DNA of 34,779 bases, taken from a virus. Its lineage: Duplodnaviria > Heunggongvirae > Uroviricota > Caudoviricetes. Under the pieces are notes generated by a model. It worked only from the letters and a program-made list of their open reading frames with translations. It was not told the DNA's origin and made no database searches. This document shows positions 14,539-24,845 of the stretch, piece after piece. The DNA lies in the IMG/VR virus record IMGVR_UViG_2718218308_000002; one strand, given 5' to 3'. Position 1 is the first letter of the stretch; each line of letters starts with the position of its first letter. A program made the position numbers and the translations under genes.

Positions 14539-15596
14539 GGCTTTGTTGAATAAATCGAACTTTTGCTGAGTTGAAGGATCAGATCACGTATCTTCCCGAC
14601 AACGCAGACCGTTCCGTGGCAAAGCAAAAGTTCAAAATCACCAACTGGCCCACCTACAATAAAGCCCTCATCAACCGTGGCTCCATAACTTTCTGGCTGG
14701 ATGAGGAAGCTATTCAGGCCTGGTATGAGTCGGCAACGCCTTCATCACGGGGAAGACCTCAGCGCTATTCTGATCTCGCCATCACCACCGTTCTGGTCAT
14801 TAAACGCGTGTTCAGGTTGACCCTGCGGGCTGCACAGGGTTTTATTGATTCCATTTTTACACTGATGAATGTTCCGTTGCGCTGCCCGGATTACACCAGT
14901 GTCAGCAAGCGCGCAAAGTCGGTTAATGTCAGTTTCAAAACGTTCACCCGGGGTGAAATCGCGCATCTGGTGATTGATTCCACCGGGCTGAAGGTCTTTG
15001 GTGAAGGCGAATGGAAAGTCAAAAAACACGGCAAAGAACGCCGTCGTATATGGCGAAAGTTGCATCTGGCAGTTGACAGCAAAACACATGAAATCATCTG
15101 TGCAGACCTGTCGCTGAACAATGTGACGGACTCAGAAGCCTTCCCGGGTCTTATCCGGCAGACTCACAGAAAAATCAGGGCAGCATCGGCAGACGGCGCT
15201 TACGACACCCGGCTCTGTCACGATGAACTGCGGCGTAAGAAAATCAGCGCGCTTATCCCTCCCCGAAAAGGTGCGGGTTACTGGCCCGGTGAATATGCAG
15301 ACCGTAACCGTGCAGTGGCTAATCAGCGAATGACCGGGAGTAATGCGCGGTGGAAATGGACAACAGATTACAACCGTCGCTCGATAGCGGAAACGGCGAT
15401 GTACCGGGTAAAACAGCTGTTCGGGGGGTTCACTGACGCTGCGTGACTACGATGGTCAGGTTGCGGAGGCTATGGCCCTGGTACGAGCGCTGAACAAAAT
15501 GACGAAAGCAGGTATACCTGAAAGCGTGCGTATTGCCTGAAAACACAACCCGCTACGGGGGAGACTTACCCGAAATCTGATTTATTCAACAAAGCC
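14539..15596 (+). mobile_element. IS903-like insertion sequence (IS5 family), copy 1, 1058 bp, no target-site duplication
   Basis: Terminal inverted repeats GGCTTTGTTGAATAAATC at both ends; flanks GTTTTAAGT and GTTGAAGCC differ; sequence recalled as the Tn903/IS903 ends. Confidence 0.85.
14571..15446 (+). CDS. tnp: IS903-like transposase, 291 aa; C-terminal ~33 codons continue in the +1 frame to 15540
   Basis: DDE-family motifs ([21 protein letters not shown]-like [14 protein letters not shown]); identical protein in all three copies. Confidence 0.85.
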   Translation: MKDQITYLPDNADRSVAKQKFKITNWPTYNKALINRGSITFWLDEEAIQAWYESATPSSRGRPQRYSDLAITTVLVIKRVFRLTLRAAQGFIDSIFTLMNVPLRCPDYTSVSKRAKSVNVSFKTFTRGEIAHLVIDSTGLKVFGEGEWKVKKHGKERRRIWRKLHLAVDSKTHEIICADLSLNNVTDSEAFPGLIRQTHRKIRAASADGAYDTRLCHDELRRKKISALIPPRKGAGYWPGEYADRNRAVANQRMTGSNARWKWTTDYNRRSIAETAMYRVKQLFGGFTDAA

Positions 15597-15713
15597 GTTG
15601 AAGCCATTAAGCCAAGCATTAGCCATTAAAACAGCTTTATTTTTAGCGTTCTCACTCGTCCAGGCGTTCCCAAACGCATTATCAACGTCATCACAGGTCA
15701 CGTAAGTGATCAT
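15597..15713 (-). pseudogene. 5' fragment (39 codons) of a phage gene cut by IS903-like copy 1
   Basis: ATG at 15713 with GGAG RBS; open frame MITYVTCDDVDNAFGNAWTSENAKNK... runs straight into the IS boundary. Confidence 0.35.
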
Positions 15714-15716
15714 GTG

Positions 15717-15893
15717 TTACTCCTGAGTTTTCCAGCCCATAGCCTTCCAGTTGTCAACTTCATCAGGATGAACATTAGCGATAGTTGGTGCGCCGGGAAA
15801 CATCTGATAATCGGTCACCATAACCACTAACTCAATTTGCGTTTTTTGTGCGGCTTCACGCTGTGCTCTTTGCTCTTTAGTTAATCCGGTCAT
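15717..15893 (-). CDS. Hypothetical small protein, 58 aa, downstream of the capsid gene (not in the ORF track)
   Basis: ATG at 15893 preceded by GGAGGG; same strand and tight spacing with neighbouring head genes; function unknown. Confidence 0.4.
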   Translation of the reverse strand: MTGLTKEQRAQREAAQKTQIELVVMVTDYQMFPGAPTIANVHPDEVDNWKAMGWKTQE

Positions 15894-15935
15894 ATGCCCT
15901 CCATTAAAAATGGGGCCGAAGCCCCGTTTGAATGT

Positions 15936-17075
15936 TTAACCAAGAATCAGACAACCATGTGCCGGCTTCACTGATGAAACACCCCATGCCAGTCCAACTT
16001 CATAGCGCACCTGGCGATACTGACGATACAGTGCAATCTGGAACGTAATCCCTGAAATCGGGTCCGTAACATTCATTACATCATCAGCATTATCGCCACC
16101 TTCCGGCATTGCCGGAGTACGGGATGCCAGCAGAAACGCGTTGCGATCAAACGCCATATTTGCAGTAAAGGAGCCAACAACTGTGATTGCAGTATCATCG
16201 GCCAGATCCTGACGCAGTCCGGGCGCTGCAAGAGTAATCAGATTGCTGGTCGCTGCTGCCACAACATACTGATTCGGATCGCCAGCGAACGTAACAATCT
16301 GACCTGCAGAAATACTCCCCGAACCAGTATCAATGGAAATAAGAACATCGCCTTCTTTTTTCTCGCCATTCACGAGATAACCAGTTGCAGCAACCTTTGG
16401 CGCTCGTTTTACACCTGCCGAACTGTGAATATTGAATCCCTCCAGACGCCCCAACACGCCCTCACGCAGTAGCTGTTCAGTGCCGGATTCATTCACTTTA
16501 AACAGTACAGACTGTTTTCCGCGCAAATTAGCAATGGCAGTGGAGCCAAGCACCATCTGCAGATCGGTTGTCGGTGCGCCGTTATCCTCCAGAACCTGAC
16601 GAGCCAGAGCAGCATCAGAAAGATCATCTTTAACACCAAACGGCGTTGTCCCTGCGGTTCCCACGGCGCGGGAAGCACCGAAATACAACGCACCAAGATC
16701 AGCCTCAACCTCGTTTGCAAGGGCGCGAAAAGCCTGCTTGAACTGATCAGCCAGAATGGTGTTGTAAGTCCCTGAAGGGCCAAGAGCCAGTTGTTCTTCA
16801 CCATTCCATTTAACCGGTGCCATTTTGGATTTAGTAATTTTCACATCAACAGTGCCAATATTTTGATCACCGGTATTCGGAGCTGACGGCCCCGGTACGA
16901 TATCTTCGGTTTTCGCCTCAGGCGCAACTGGCGCGGTTACCGTCTGATCTTTTGCTGCGGCGTCAGCTTTTGCGTTTTTTGCTACCGCAGGGATAAAACC
17001 TACCTGCTCACGGGATACAATATCCAGGGCGGTATAAATAGTCGGGATCAACCCGGTCAGGGTATTTCCAGCCAT
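15936..17075 (-). CDS. Major capsid protein, about 380 aa from MAGNTLTG; the ORF track extends it to 17168
   Basis: Position after the scaffold gene; size and composition typical of HK97-fold coat proteins; RBS AAGGA before the internal ATG. Confidence 0.7.
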   Translation of the reverse strand: MAGNTLTGLIPTIYTALDIVSREQVGFIPAVAKNAKADAAAKDQTVTAPVAPEAKTEDIVPGPSAPNTGDQNIGTVDVKITKSKMAPVKWNGEEQLALGPSGTYNTILADQFKQAFRALANEVEADLGALYFGASRAVGTAGTTPFGVKDDLSDAALARQVLEDNGAPTTDLQMVLGSTAIANLRGKQSVLFKVNESGTEQLLREGVLGRLEGFNIHSSAGVKRAPKVAATGYLVNGEKKEGDVLISIDTGSGSISAGQIVTFAGDPNQYVVAAATSNLITLAAPGLRQDLADDTAITVVGSFTANMAFDRNAFLLASRTPAMPEGGDNADDVMNVTDPISGITFQIALYRQYRQVRYEVGLAWGVSSVKPAHGCLILG

Positions 17076-17173
17076 AATTAAATATTCCTTAAAAATTTGC
17101 GTAATTGTGAATAGATGGAGTAATGAGCTATCCAGCCCTGACACCAGCTCCCATCCGGAAGCTGACAAATGTG

Positions 17174-17938
17174 TTAATCAACAATTGTGATACCGTCTTT
17201 CAATGCGTTTTGCTTACCTGCAACATCCAGTGCATCAAAAGCAGAGCGTTTCATCGTTTTCTGACCAACATCATGCTGTGTCGGACGGGAGCCGCCGCCA
17301 TTGTTGCCACTGGCTTTCAGGATGTAGTCTTTCTGAGGGTAATTTTCGACGAGGAACTCCAGCGCCTCATCAAACTGCGCCAGTTCGCCAGGCTTCGCGC
17401 GGGAATAAATTTTGTTGCCGGAAGCGTCATAAGCAACGATCTTCCCTTCTTCCACTTTGAATGCCTGCCCGAAGCGGGCTTGTAATAAATCTGCCGGGAT
17501 CGCAATTTTATCGGCAATATATTTTGAACCCGCAAAACTACCGCCAATCATAGAATCGTAAAGCTGCGTCTCCAGCATCTGAGAGCGTTGCTTTTCTTCA
17601 TCTAATTGCTGCTGAAAATTTTTCGTAATTTCTGCCTTAACCTGGTCAACCTGTCCCGCATCGATCAGCTTTTTCTGGTCGATTTTTGACAGCATTTCCA
17701 GTGCCTCGATCGCCTTCTTCGGGTCTTCGATAGCGGCAAACTTAGCCAGTTTTTCCTCTGCAGCTTCTTTAGCCAGGCGATGATTTTTTGCCTCGCCATT
17801 AAGCTCTGTAATTTTTTTTATCGCCAGCGGTGCATCGAAGCCGATTTCTTTACCATCGTCGTGCACATAAACTGGCAGGCCAGCAGTATCAATTTCTGCG
17901 TATTGTTTTCCGTTAATCTCGACCGTTTTCAGTTTCAT
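17174..17938 (-). CDS. Scaffolding protein, about 254 aa from MKLKTVEING
   Basis: Charged, coiled-coil-rich (AEEKLAKFAA..., QQQLDEEKQRSQ); position between MuF-like gene and capsid. Confidence 0.55.
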   Translation of the reverse strand: MKLKTVEINGKQYAEIDTAGLPVYVHDDGKEIGFDAPLAIKKITELNGEAKNHRLAKEAAEEKLAKFAAIEDPKKAIEALEMLSKIDQKKLIDAGQVDQVKAEITKNFQQQLDEEKQRSQMLETQLYDSMIGGSFAGSKYIADKIAIPADLLQARFGQAFKVEEGKIVAYDASGNKIYSRAKPGELAQFDEALEFLVENYPQKDYILKASGNNGGGSRPTQHDVGQKTMKRSAFDALDVAGKQNALKDGITIVD

Positions 17939-18042
17939 ATTAGTACCTGGTTTAAGTCTTCCGACAGTTACGCTGCTCACCATCCGGATCGCAGCAATAA
18001 AAAAGGCCACCCGAAGGTAGCCTGTTGTAATAAATGATTTAT

Positions 18043-19158
18043 TTAAATCCCTGCTTTTCTGAATACCTGTGCATCACGCTCACGGAGTTGCTTCAGCGTC
18101 AGCCATTCGCCTTTATCGGTGTAAAATTCATCTGGCGACATACCGCCATCCCGAATCAGCTTTGCCCGGGTTTCCCCCACAATCTGTTTTTGTCTGGTGT
18201 AAGGCTGACGCAAAAACCATTCCCTGTAGGTTGTATCTCCGGCCACCACGCCATCCATGCTGGCCCGCTCAGCCGGGGAAATATCACGAACATCAATACC
18301 CAGTTCCTTCGCTGATTTCAGAATGAACGTTTCCGTTGAGCGGCAGCAGAAATGAATTTTTCCCGGCCCATGCAAATAAGGCACACTGTGACCTACAGGT
18401 TTATTATCCAGCGTATATTTGAGGCGATCCCTGATTCGACATTGTGGCGTAGTACGATTATCAAGCGTTGATAACCATTGCTTACCCTTAATCAAATCAT
18501 TATTCGCGCTGGCAAAACTCTCACGGGCAGTAGCAGCAAGATGTCCAACCGCTGTTTTTGCAATGCTGGCCGCATTAGCCCGGCTCATCTGCAATGCACC
18601 ATCCTGAAATCCCTTGCTGACATGTCCCCGAATTTTTCTTGCGATCTGCTCATTGGTATCCCCCAGCAAAAAACCCTGACGCACCGTATTTGTTATGCGT
18701 CTGAGCCGATCCGCCTCAAGATCCAAGGCCCACTCACTGAGCAGTCGTCCCTGGAATGGTCGCGCCATTGCAGCGGCGTAAAGTGCATCAGAAGATATAC
18801 CAACCAGAGGGTGAACATCAGCAACAAAATCAGGTAGCAGAGAATCAAACAGACTTAACTGATAACCAGCCTCATAAATTGCCAGCTCGTTCAGCTCTCC
18901 GGAGAGACTGGTAAACATGCTGTTAATAGCAGCGCGGTTAACCTCTCTGACACTCGCCAGAAGTGACTCCAGGCGCGTAACGGTAAAACTACCAGGATCG
19001 AGGCTGTCCAGTGCTACCAGCAGGCGAGCTGTAAGCTCCGCATCGCTGTCATTCAGTATTTTCACCATTCTGGCAGCCACACCAGTGCTATAGCGGGATA
19101 TCCAGACTGCATGAGCAATTGATTCATCACGCAGCCGTTCATTCACGGTTTGCATCAT
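18043..19158 (-). CDS. Head morphogenesis protein (Mu gpF / SPP1 gp7-like), 371 aa
   Basis: Position after portal; sequence character recalled as the Phage_Mu_F family. Confidence 0.7.
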   Translation of the reverse strand: MMQTVNERLRDESIAHAVWISRYSTGVAARMVKILNDSDAELTARLLVALDSLDPGSFTVTRLESLLASVREVNRAAINSMFTSLSGELNELAIYEAGYQLSLFDSLLPDFVADVHPLVGISSDALYAAAMARPFQGRLLSEWALDLEADRLRRITNTVRQGFLLGDTNEQIARKIRGHVSKGFQDGALQMSRANAASIAKTAVGHLAATARESFASANNDLIKGKQWLSTLDNRTTPQCRIRDRLKYTLDNKPVGHSVPYLHGPGKIHFCCRSTETFILKSAKELGIDVRDISPAERASMDGVVAGDTTYREWFLRQPYTRQKQIVGETRAKLIRDGGMSPDEFYTDKGEWLTLKQLRERDAQVFRKAGI

Positions 19159-19901
19159 TGATTTCCATCAACATTACACTCTGATTTTTTAATTCATCGA
19201 TCACATCCTCTGGACGGGAATCCTGATCGATAAATTTCAACGCCTGCAACACCCGAACCGCATCAATCTGACGTATATCACCGCCCTGACGCAATGACTG
19301 AACAGCCAGCGCGGAGGATGAGTCAAACACCTGGGCAGATACATCCAGTTCAGTGCGCACATCCACATTGCCACCGCAACTCTCTCCGCTCCATTCCGCC
19401 ATTATCTGGAGAATATTATCGAGGGCATCTTCGAGGGAGTTCGCCATTGTATAAAGCGGCGAGTGTTCCTGCATCCGCTCTTCATTAGTCTGATCAACAG
19501 ATTTGGTGGATGTATTTTCAGCCCGCAGAAGTTTAGCGCCGGCATGACGCATCTGATTTTCCAGCTTCTCAAGTGATGTTTCGCCAGATTCTATCGCTGC
19601 GCCACTATGTTCAACATATTCGAGGCCATTTTTTGTTCTGTCCTCAAAAATCGTAGCCGTGGATGCACCAACCGTCAGTTCTTCATTCCTGTCCAGCCCG
19701 TAGGCCACCAGCAATGGAACGCGGGCAACATGAAGAATATTGTCCTGCTCGCTCTGGCTTTGCCAGTGCTTGATATTCAGCAAGCCAAGATTAAGCAATG
19801 GCGGTGTACCACGCATAAACCCTGTTTTCTTCGTATACAGTGTTACCAGAGGAATATCATCACGGCTGGTATTCCATGACTCATGAGGTAATGACTCCAA
19901 C

Positions 19902-20405
19902 TTATTGATAGTGTTTTATGTTCAGATAATGCCCGATGACTTTGTCATGCAGCTCCACCGATTTTGAGAACGACAGCGACTTCCGTCCCAGCCGTGCCAG
20001 GTGCTGCCTCAGATTCAGGTTATGCCGCTCAATTCGCTGCGTATATCGCTTGCTGATTACGTGCAGCTTTCCCTTCAGGCGGGATTCATACAGCGGCCAG
20101 CCATCCGTCATCCATACCACGACCTCAAAGGCCGACAGCAGGCCCAGAAGACGCTCCAGCGTGGCCAGCGTGCGTTCACCGAATACGTGCGCAACAACCG
20201 TCTTCCGGAGCCTGTCATACGCGTAAAACAGCCAGCGCTGGCGCGATTTAGCCCCGACGTATCCCCACTGTTCGTCCATTTCCGCGCAGACGATGACGTC
20301 ACTGCCCGGCTGTATGCGCGAGGTTACCGACTGCGGCCTGAGTTTTTTAAATGGCGGAAAATCGTGTTGAGGCCAACGCCCATAATGCGGGCGGTTGCCC
20401 GGCAT
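19902..20405 (-). CDS. insB: IS1 InsB frame (made as InsAB' by frameshift), 167 aa
   Basis: Sequence [51 protein letters not shown] recognised as IS1 InsB. Confidence 0.95.
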   Translation of the reverse strand: MPGNRPHYGRWPQHDFPPFKKLRPQSVTSRIQPGSDVIVCAEMDEQWGYVGAKSRQRWLFYAYDRLRKTVVAHVFGERTLATLERLLGLLSAFEVVVWMTDGWPLYESRLKGKLHVISKRYTQRIERHNLNLRQHLARLGRKSLSFSKSVELHDKVIGHYLNIKHYQ

Positions 20406-20599
20406 CCAACGCCATTCATGGCCATATCAATGATTTTCTGGTGCGTACCGGGTTGAGAAGCGGTGTAAGTGAACTGCAGTTGCCATGTTTTACGGCAGTG
20501 AGAGCAGAGATAGCGCTGATGTCCGGCGGTGCTTTTGCCGTTACGCACCACCCCGTCAGTAGCTGAACAGGAGGGACAGCTGATAGAAACAGAAGCCAC
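20324..20599 (-). CDS. insA: IS1 InsA, 91 aa
   Basis: Sequence [42 protein letters not shown] recognised as IS1 InsA. Confidence 0.95.
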   Translation of the reverse strand: MASVSISCPSCSATDGVVRNGKSTAGHQRYLCSHCRKTWQLQFTYTASQPGTHQKIIDMAMNGVGCRATARIMGVGLNTIFRHLKNSGRSR

Positions 20600-21324
20600 T
20601 GGAGCACCTCAAAAACACCATCATACACTAAATCAGTAAGTTGGCAGCATCACCGACTCATGAAGCATCCAGACAGATTCGCCATTAGTACCTTCGCTGC
20701 GTCGATAAATTTCTACTCGACGGGGCATAATATGGCGGATCTGCTCCACCTTCTTCTGCCCGAAATCATCACCATCAATAATGATGACCTCTTTTATACG
20801 CAAATCAGTGAGAACAACTTTCCCTTTTTCAACTTTCGATTTCCATCCAATAACCTGGCGTGGATTCAGCATCGTAACGTACGGGCGACCACCGGCCGCG
20901 TTTTCATCGGCTTTTGTCCGAATCTCGTTCATATCCGTTCGTGGATAGTCCACCAGCGCATGTGCCACACCATACTGAAATGCGAGACTGAAAAATTGCT
21001 GCGCCCACACATCCAGTCGGCTCCCCTCCATGTCGATATTTTCTGCATATTCCCTGATTTTTTCCGGCGTTTCCTCACTCAATACTGTCGGCTCTGCAAA
21101 TATGCGCCCAATATTTTGTTTGATGCTTTCTTCATACACAGGAAGTAACGTAGCCACAGACAGGCGTTTTTTATAAGCGTCTTCATCTTCATTAGGCCAT
21201 TTGGGGAGATAATTTTCCCCCTGCCTGCGCATTTCAAGCGTACCGCCCATCAATGCGTCGTTAATATCCCACGCCTCCAGCATATCGTTATAGTCGAGGT
21301 TGGGTGTTGATATATCAGCCATAA

Positions 21325-22635
21325 TTAAATCCGAAGTGATGTGACTCTTCCGGTCGGTTTGACAATAGGGAATTGCTTAACGATGAAATAACCTCCGGCA
21401 TCATTCGGGTGATCATTGCCAGATTTTTTATCAGGCTCCCCCTTATCATCCCAGACCTGTTGCTCCAGAGATTCGGCATATACCGGACAACGCTTCACAT
21501 TAACTTTATAGCGACGCTCACCATTGGCATTGCAGAACATTGCATTCATTGAGTTAACGCGATCTTTTACTGGCGGGTTCGAGCTGTTCACCACAACGTT
21601 AAAACCTGCCTGCTTAAGCTGGGCTATATCCGTCGTACTTGCGTTACTTGATTTTCTGGAATCTCCGGAAGCATCTGGATAAATATAAATCTCCCTCACT
21701 TTCCGGTAATCATGCCCGTCATACAGCCAGAAGCGTTCTTTAATGAGGCGGATCATATCCGGCGTATCGTAGGCATTGATGATTTCAGTTACCGCACATG
21801 GAAGCCCCAAACGCAGCACATGGACGATTCCCGCCATCTTTCCAACGTTAAAATCCATCCCAATATAAATCGGCTCCCCTGGCTGCTCCACTTCTTCGCA
21901 ATTATTCAGTTTCCGGTCAAACTGATGGTAAACAGTACCACTTGTCAGGTTAGTAAACCGTCCTAGAAGATAGGCTTTAATCAGCTCTGGAGGGTATGAT
22001 TCAAGAAGTGAAGGAATGTAATCTGCTGGCAGGTTCTTTTCATTATCGAAAGTAGATGCCTGCACCAGACCATACAGTGAGGCCAGCTCTGTTTTTTCAC
22101 GCACGGCTTTAACAAACTGCTCGTAGACAAATTTGAATCCTTCCGGCGTGGTTGTAACGTCAATACCGTTGCGAAGTCCATCAATCTTATAACGCATACG
22201 CGCAATTATCTTGCGCCACGCCGTTCTGGCTTTTTCCTTCGGCAAAATGTCCAGTTCATCCACCAGCGCATTACCAATTTTGAAACCGACGATCGTTTGT
22301 GGCTTCTCCATCGATCTGCAGATAGTGGTTCCCCGATACTGGCGTCCGTAATAAAAGTGAACCTCTTTATTTCCCTCATTAATTTTTACGTTCAATCCCC
22401 AGTCAGCAGCAACTTCTTCCACTGTAGGGTAAAAAATATCGCGAATTTGGGGATACGTTGGCGCAAAATATCCCTGATTTATACCTGGATGCTCCCAAAT
22501 CCCCTTGCATATGCCGCCACACCCAACCCATGTTTTGCCCGAGCCAAAACCAGCAATATAGGCTTTAAATTTATGGGGCATTGAAAGAAATCGCGCCTGA
22601 GGCACATTAAGCGTCGGAGAGATCATCTTCATCAC
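21325..22635 (-). CDS. terL: Terminase large subunit, 436 aa
   Basis: Walker A AGFGSGKT, Walker B-like LVDELD, C-terminal nuclease-like acidic motifs (IGMDFN, YPDASG); position before portal. Confidence 0.85.
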   Translation of the reverse strand: MMKMISPTLNVPQARFLSMPHKFKAYIAGFGSGKTWVGCGGICKGIWEHPGINQGYFAPTYPQIRDIFYPTVEEVAADWGLNVKINEGNKEVHFYYGRQYRGTTICRSMEKPQTIVGFKIGNALVDELDILPKEKARTAWRKIIARMRYKIDGLRNGIDVTTTPEGFKFVYEQFVKAVREKTELASLYGLVQASTFDNEKNLPADYIPSLLESYPPELIKAYLLGRFTNLTSGTVYHQFDRKLNNCEEVEQPGEPIYIGMDFNVGKMAGIVHVLRLGLPCAVTEIINAYDTPDMIRLIKERFWLYDGHDYRKVREIYIYPDASGDSRKSSNASTTDIAQLKQAGFNVVVNSSNPPVKDRVNSMNAMFCNANGERRYKVNVKRCPVYAESLEQQVWDDKGEPDKKSGNDHPNDAGGYFIVKQFPIVKPTGRVTSLRI

Positions 22636-23701
22636 TCCTTACTCTGGCATCAACCACATTAATATTGATCGCCACAGGCTGGGGATGTTCATTATCTTCC
22701 ACCGTTTCGATCTCTTTGCGCAGCTTCTGGTTTTCCATTCTGCGCCGTTCAATTTCCAGTTCCTGTAGCCGTTTATCTGCACATAAAGCCCCGCCAGCAG
22801 AAAACAAACGCAACAATTCACGCCGGGCGGCAGCCTTATCCTCCAGCAGGATCTCAACGCCGAATTTTCCGAATTTTGCCCCTGCATATAATTGCCGCGC
22901 ATCCCCATCAAGCAGAGTGGTATCAGCCATATAAAGCTGTCCCGTTCCCTCACCGCAGCACTTCGGGCAGTCCGGATTGGGTATGGCGTTATCAACAAAG
23001 CCGAGGCCTCCATATTCCGGTTCGGATTTGCCATCTCTGGAAGCCTGCGCCGCTGCCTTGTCGAATTCTGCTATATCGCGCCACTGGTAGAGATGATTCT
23101 CGCCCCAGCAATAACGGCAGTTAACACGGCGAAATTGTGCAAGCTGATTGGGGTCGGCCAGGACAATAGCCATCAACTGACTCACTAGTAAATCCAGGTC
23201 TGCGGTATAGCGTTTCTGGTACTGATTGCGGAAGTAGCTGATAGCGCGAAAAACCCTGGCATTTCTAAGCATACGACTGGCGTTGCTGTTAGCTGTCGCA
23301 CCTTGCCCCTCATAACCGGCTAGTCGGTACGCCTCTGTCGGCTTTTTACCCTGAGCAACAAGCATCGCAAACTTAGCCTGCTGGTCAGAAATGCCGAATT
23401 CATCGGGACAGAACGAAAATTCCTCCGCGTCGCCCTCATTCAGGCCCGCATCGAATACTGGCTTTTTTTCCTGAGATTTTTCGTTCCGCTTTTGTGCAGT
23501 CTGCGCAGATTTTTTCTGCGCACTTTTTTGCGCAGTTTTGCACATTTCTGTCTGCGCATTTTTCGGAGTTTTTTTGATGTAACGACGGGCTGTTGCGTAA
23601 TTCAGTCCCCTTGCTTCACACCATGCCACCGGAGATATACCGGAGCGGGTGTATTCAGCAATATACTCCTGCTGCAACGCCCCCCAGTCCGGTCTGCTCA
23701 T
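22607..23701 (-). CDS. terS: Putative terminase small subunit, 364 aa
   Basis: N-terminal HTH-like region, Lys/Gln-rich linker, Cys cluster; directly upstream of and overlapping terL. Confidence 0.55.
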   Translation of the reverse strand: MSRPDWGALQQEYIAEYTRSGISPVAWCEARGLNYATARRYIKKTPKNAQTEMCKTAQKSAQKKSAQTAQKRNEKSQEKKPVFDAGLNEGDAEEFSFCPDEFGISDQQAKFAMLVAQGKKPTEAYRLAGYEGQGATANSNASRMLRNARVFRAISYFRNQYQKRYTADLDLLVSQLMAIVLADPNQLAQFRRVNCRYCWGENHLYQWRDIAEFDKAAAQASRDGKSEPEYGGLGFVDNAIPNPDCPKCCGEGTGQLYMADTTLLDGDARQLYAGAKFGKFGVEILLEDKAAARRELLRLFSAGGALCADKRLQELEIERRRMENQKLRKEIETVEDNEHPQPVAININVVDARVRSDEDDLSDA

Positions 23702-23704
23702 CAG

Positions 23705-23956
23705 TTAGTCCTGATTTTTATCCACCCTGAGTAGTGCGCGCAGAGCAAAGGCATCCCCTTTTCTGGCAAGCTTAAACAATGCCGCTCGTAACTCGGCTTC
23801 ACCTTTCGCTCTGCCCTTACGGATGGCCGCATAAAAATCTGTCATTGCTTCCCGATTTTCTTTCAGTCGGTTCAGATCAACATCCAGAACGTCAGCGATT
23901 TGTTGTGCAGTCATCCGGCACGCTGCCAGAGACTCGACTTTCGAATACGGAATCAT
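23705..23956 (-). CDS. Small HTH-like hypothetical protein, 83 aa, translationally coupled to terS
   Basis: Predicted helix-turn-helix (MTAQQIADVLDVDLNRL); stop overlaps the terS start region. Confidence 0.4.
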   Translation of the reverse strand: MIPYSKVESLAACRMTAQQIADVLDVDLNRLKENREAMTDFYAAIRKGRAKGEAELRAALFKLARKGDAFALRALLRVDKNQD

Positions 23957-24845
23957 TTGTCACCCCCATTGATATGCAGGGTGTCTTCTTCCTGTATTTT
24001 TCGTGAAGGATTTTTACTGCAGCGTTGTTCCAGGTGACCTGATGGTGAATGCGTTTATGGCTGGCACCCATCAGTGAGATTTTTACGCACGACGGCGCAT
24101 ACATGACGGAGTAAAAACTTTTAACGTAGGTTCCGGAATCCAGATACAGCTCGGTCATTCCGCCGCTGTTTTTCTGCGTCTGTTTCTGCCCTAACTGGAC
24201 AGCACCGATCGTCATAAACAATTCACCACAGCGACCGAGATTCGTGTACGTATTCACATCCTCGTTAATGCGCCCCATGAATGAGAACGGTCGATCAACC
24301 GAACAGATAAAGCTGTTCATTGCCTTGCGTTTCACCCACGAAGCATGGCCGCCATTGTCACCAAGAAAATCCCCGCCCTGCGACATAGCGATGGAAAGAG
24401 CAGGTATTGATTCGTAGTACGCCAGCATTTCAGAAAGGATCGCATCCAGTTTCCTTATCGGAAAATAGGCCTGGTCATAGTTGCGATCCACCCGAAACTG
24501 GAACTCGTGATAATCATCATCGAGCTGAATGAAGTATTTACACCCGACCAGTTTTGCCAGGTCGAAACAGGCATTACGGGCGTAAAAAATTGAGCGGCGG
24601 TCACAGAAATTATCGGCTTCGTCAAAACGACTGGCGATATCGGCTTTGGAAAACACCAGCACCTGTTCACCAAATTCAGCCATGTACTGATTCCGTGTCT
24701 TATCTTCATCATCAACAACGATAAAAATTTTCCCGGTATAGCCAGCACGACGCAACGTCCGGTAAGTCAGAACTTTGTCCGGTCGCCCGTGAGTCAGAAT
24801 AAAGGCGCAAAAATCATCACGCATATTCCTCCTCCTCACCACCAT
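23892..24845 (-). CDS. Uncharacterised protein with GT-A-like (Rossmann, DxD) features, 317 aa
   Basis: Hydrophobic strand CAFILTHGR, then KIFIVVDDED, then YFIQLDDDY at spacings resembling GT-A glycosyltransferases such as SpsA; no TM segments; adjacent to the ParB-like gene. Confidence 0.5.
   Translation of the reverse strand: MVVRRRNMRDDFCAFILTHGRPDKVLTYRTLRRAGYTGKIFIVVDDEDKTRNQYMAEFGEQVLVFSKADIASRFDEADNFCDRRSIFYARNACFDLAKLVGCKYFIQLDDDYHEFQFRVDRNYDQAYFPIRKLDAILSEMLAYYESIPALSIAMSQGGDFLGDNGGHASWVKRKAMNSFICSVDRPFSFMGRINEDVNTYTNLGRCGELFMTIGAVQLGQKQTQKNSGGMTELYLDSGTYVKSFYSVMYAPSCVKISLMGASHKRIHHQVTWNNAAVKILHEKYRKKTPCISMGVTNDSVFESRVSGSVPDDCTTNR

Larger units (their letters stand above)
19887..20655 (-). 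mobile_element. IS1 with 9-bp target-site duplication GACTCATGA
   Basis: Ends GGTAATGACTCCAACTTATTGAT and ATCAGTAAGTTGGCAGCATCACC; identical 9-mers at 19878..19886 and 20656..20664; encodes InsA and InsB. Confidence 0.95.
19139..21322 (-). pseudogene. Portal protein gene split by IS1 (N-terminal part 20656..21322, C-terminal part 19139..19886)
   Basis: Removing IS1 and one copy of the duplication restores a continuous frame ...WMLHESWNTSRDD...; position after TerL. Confidence 0.7.
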
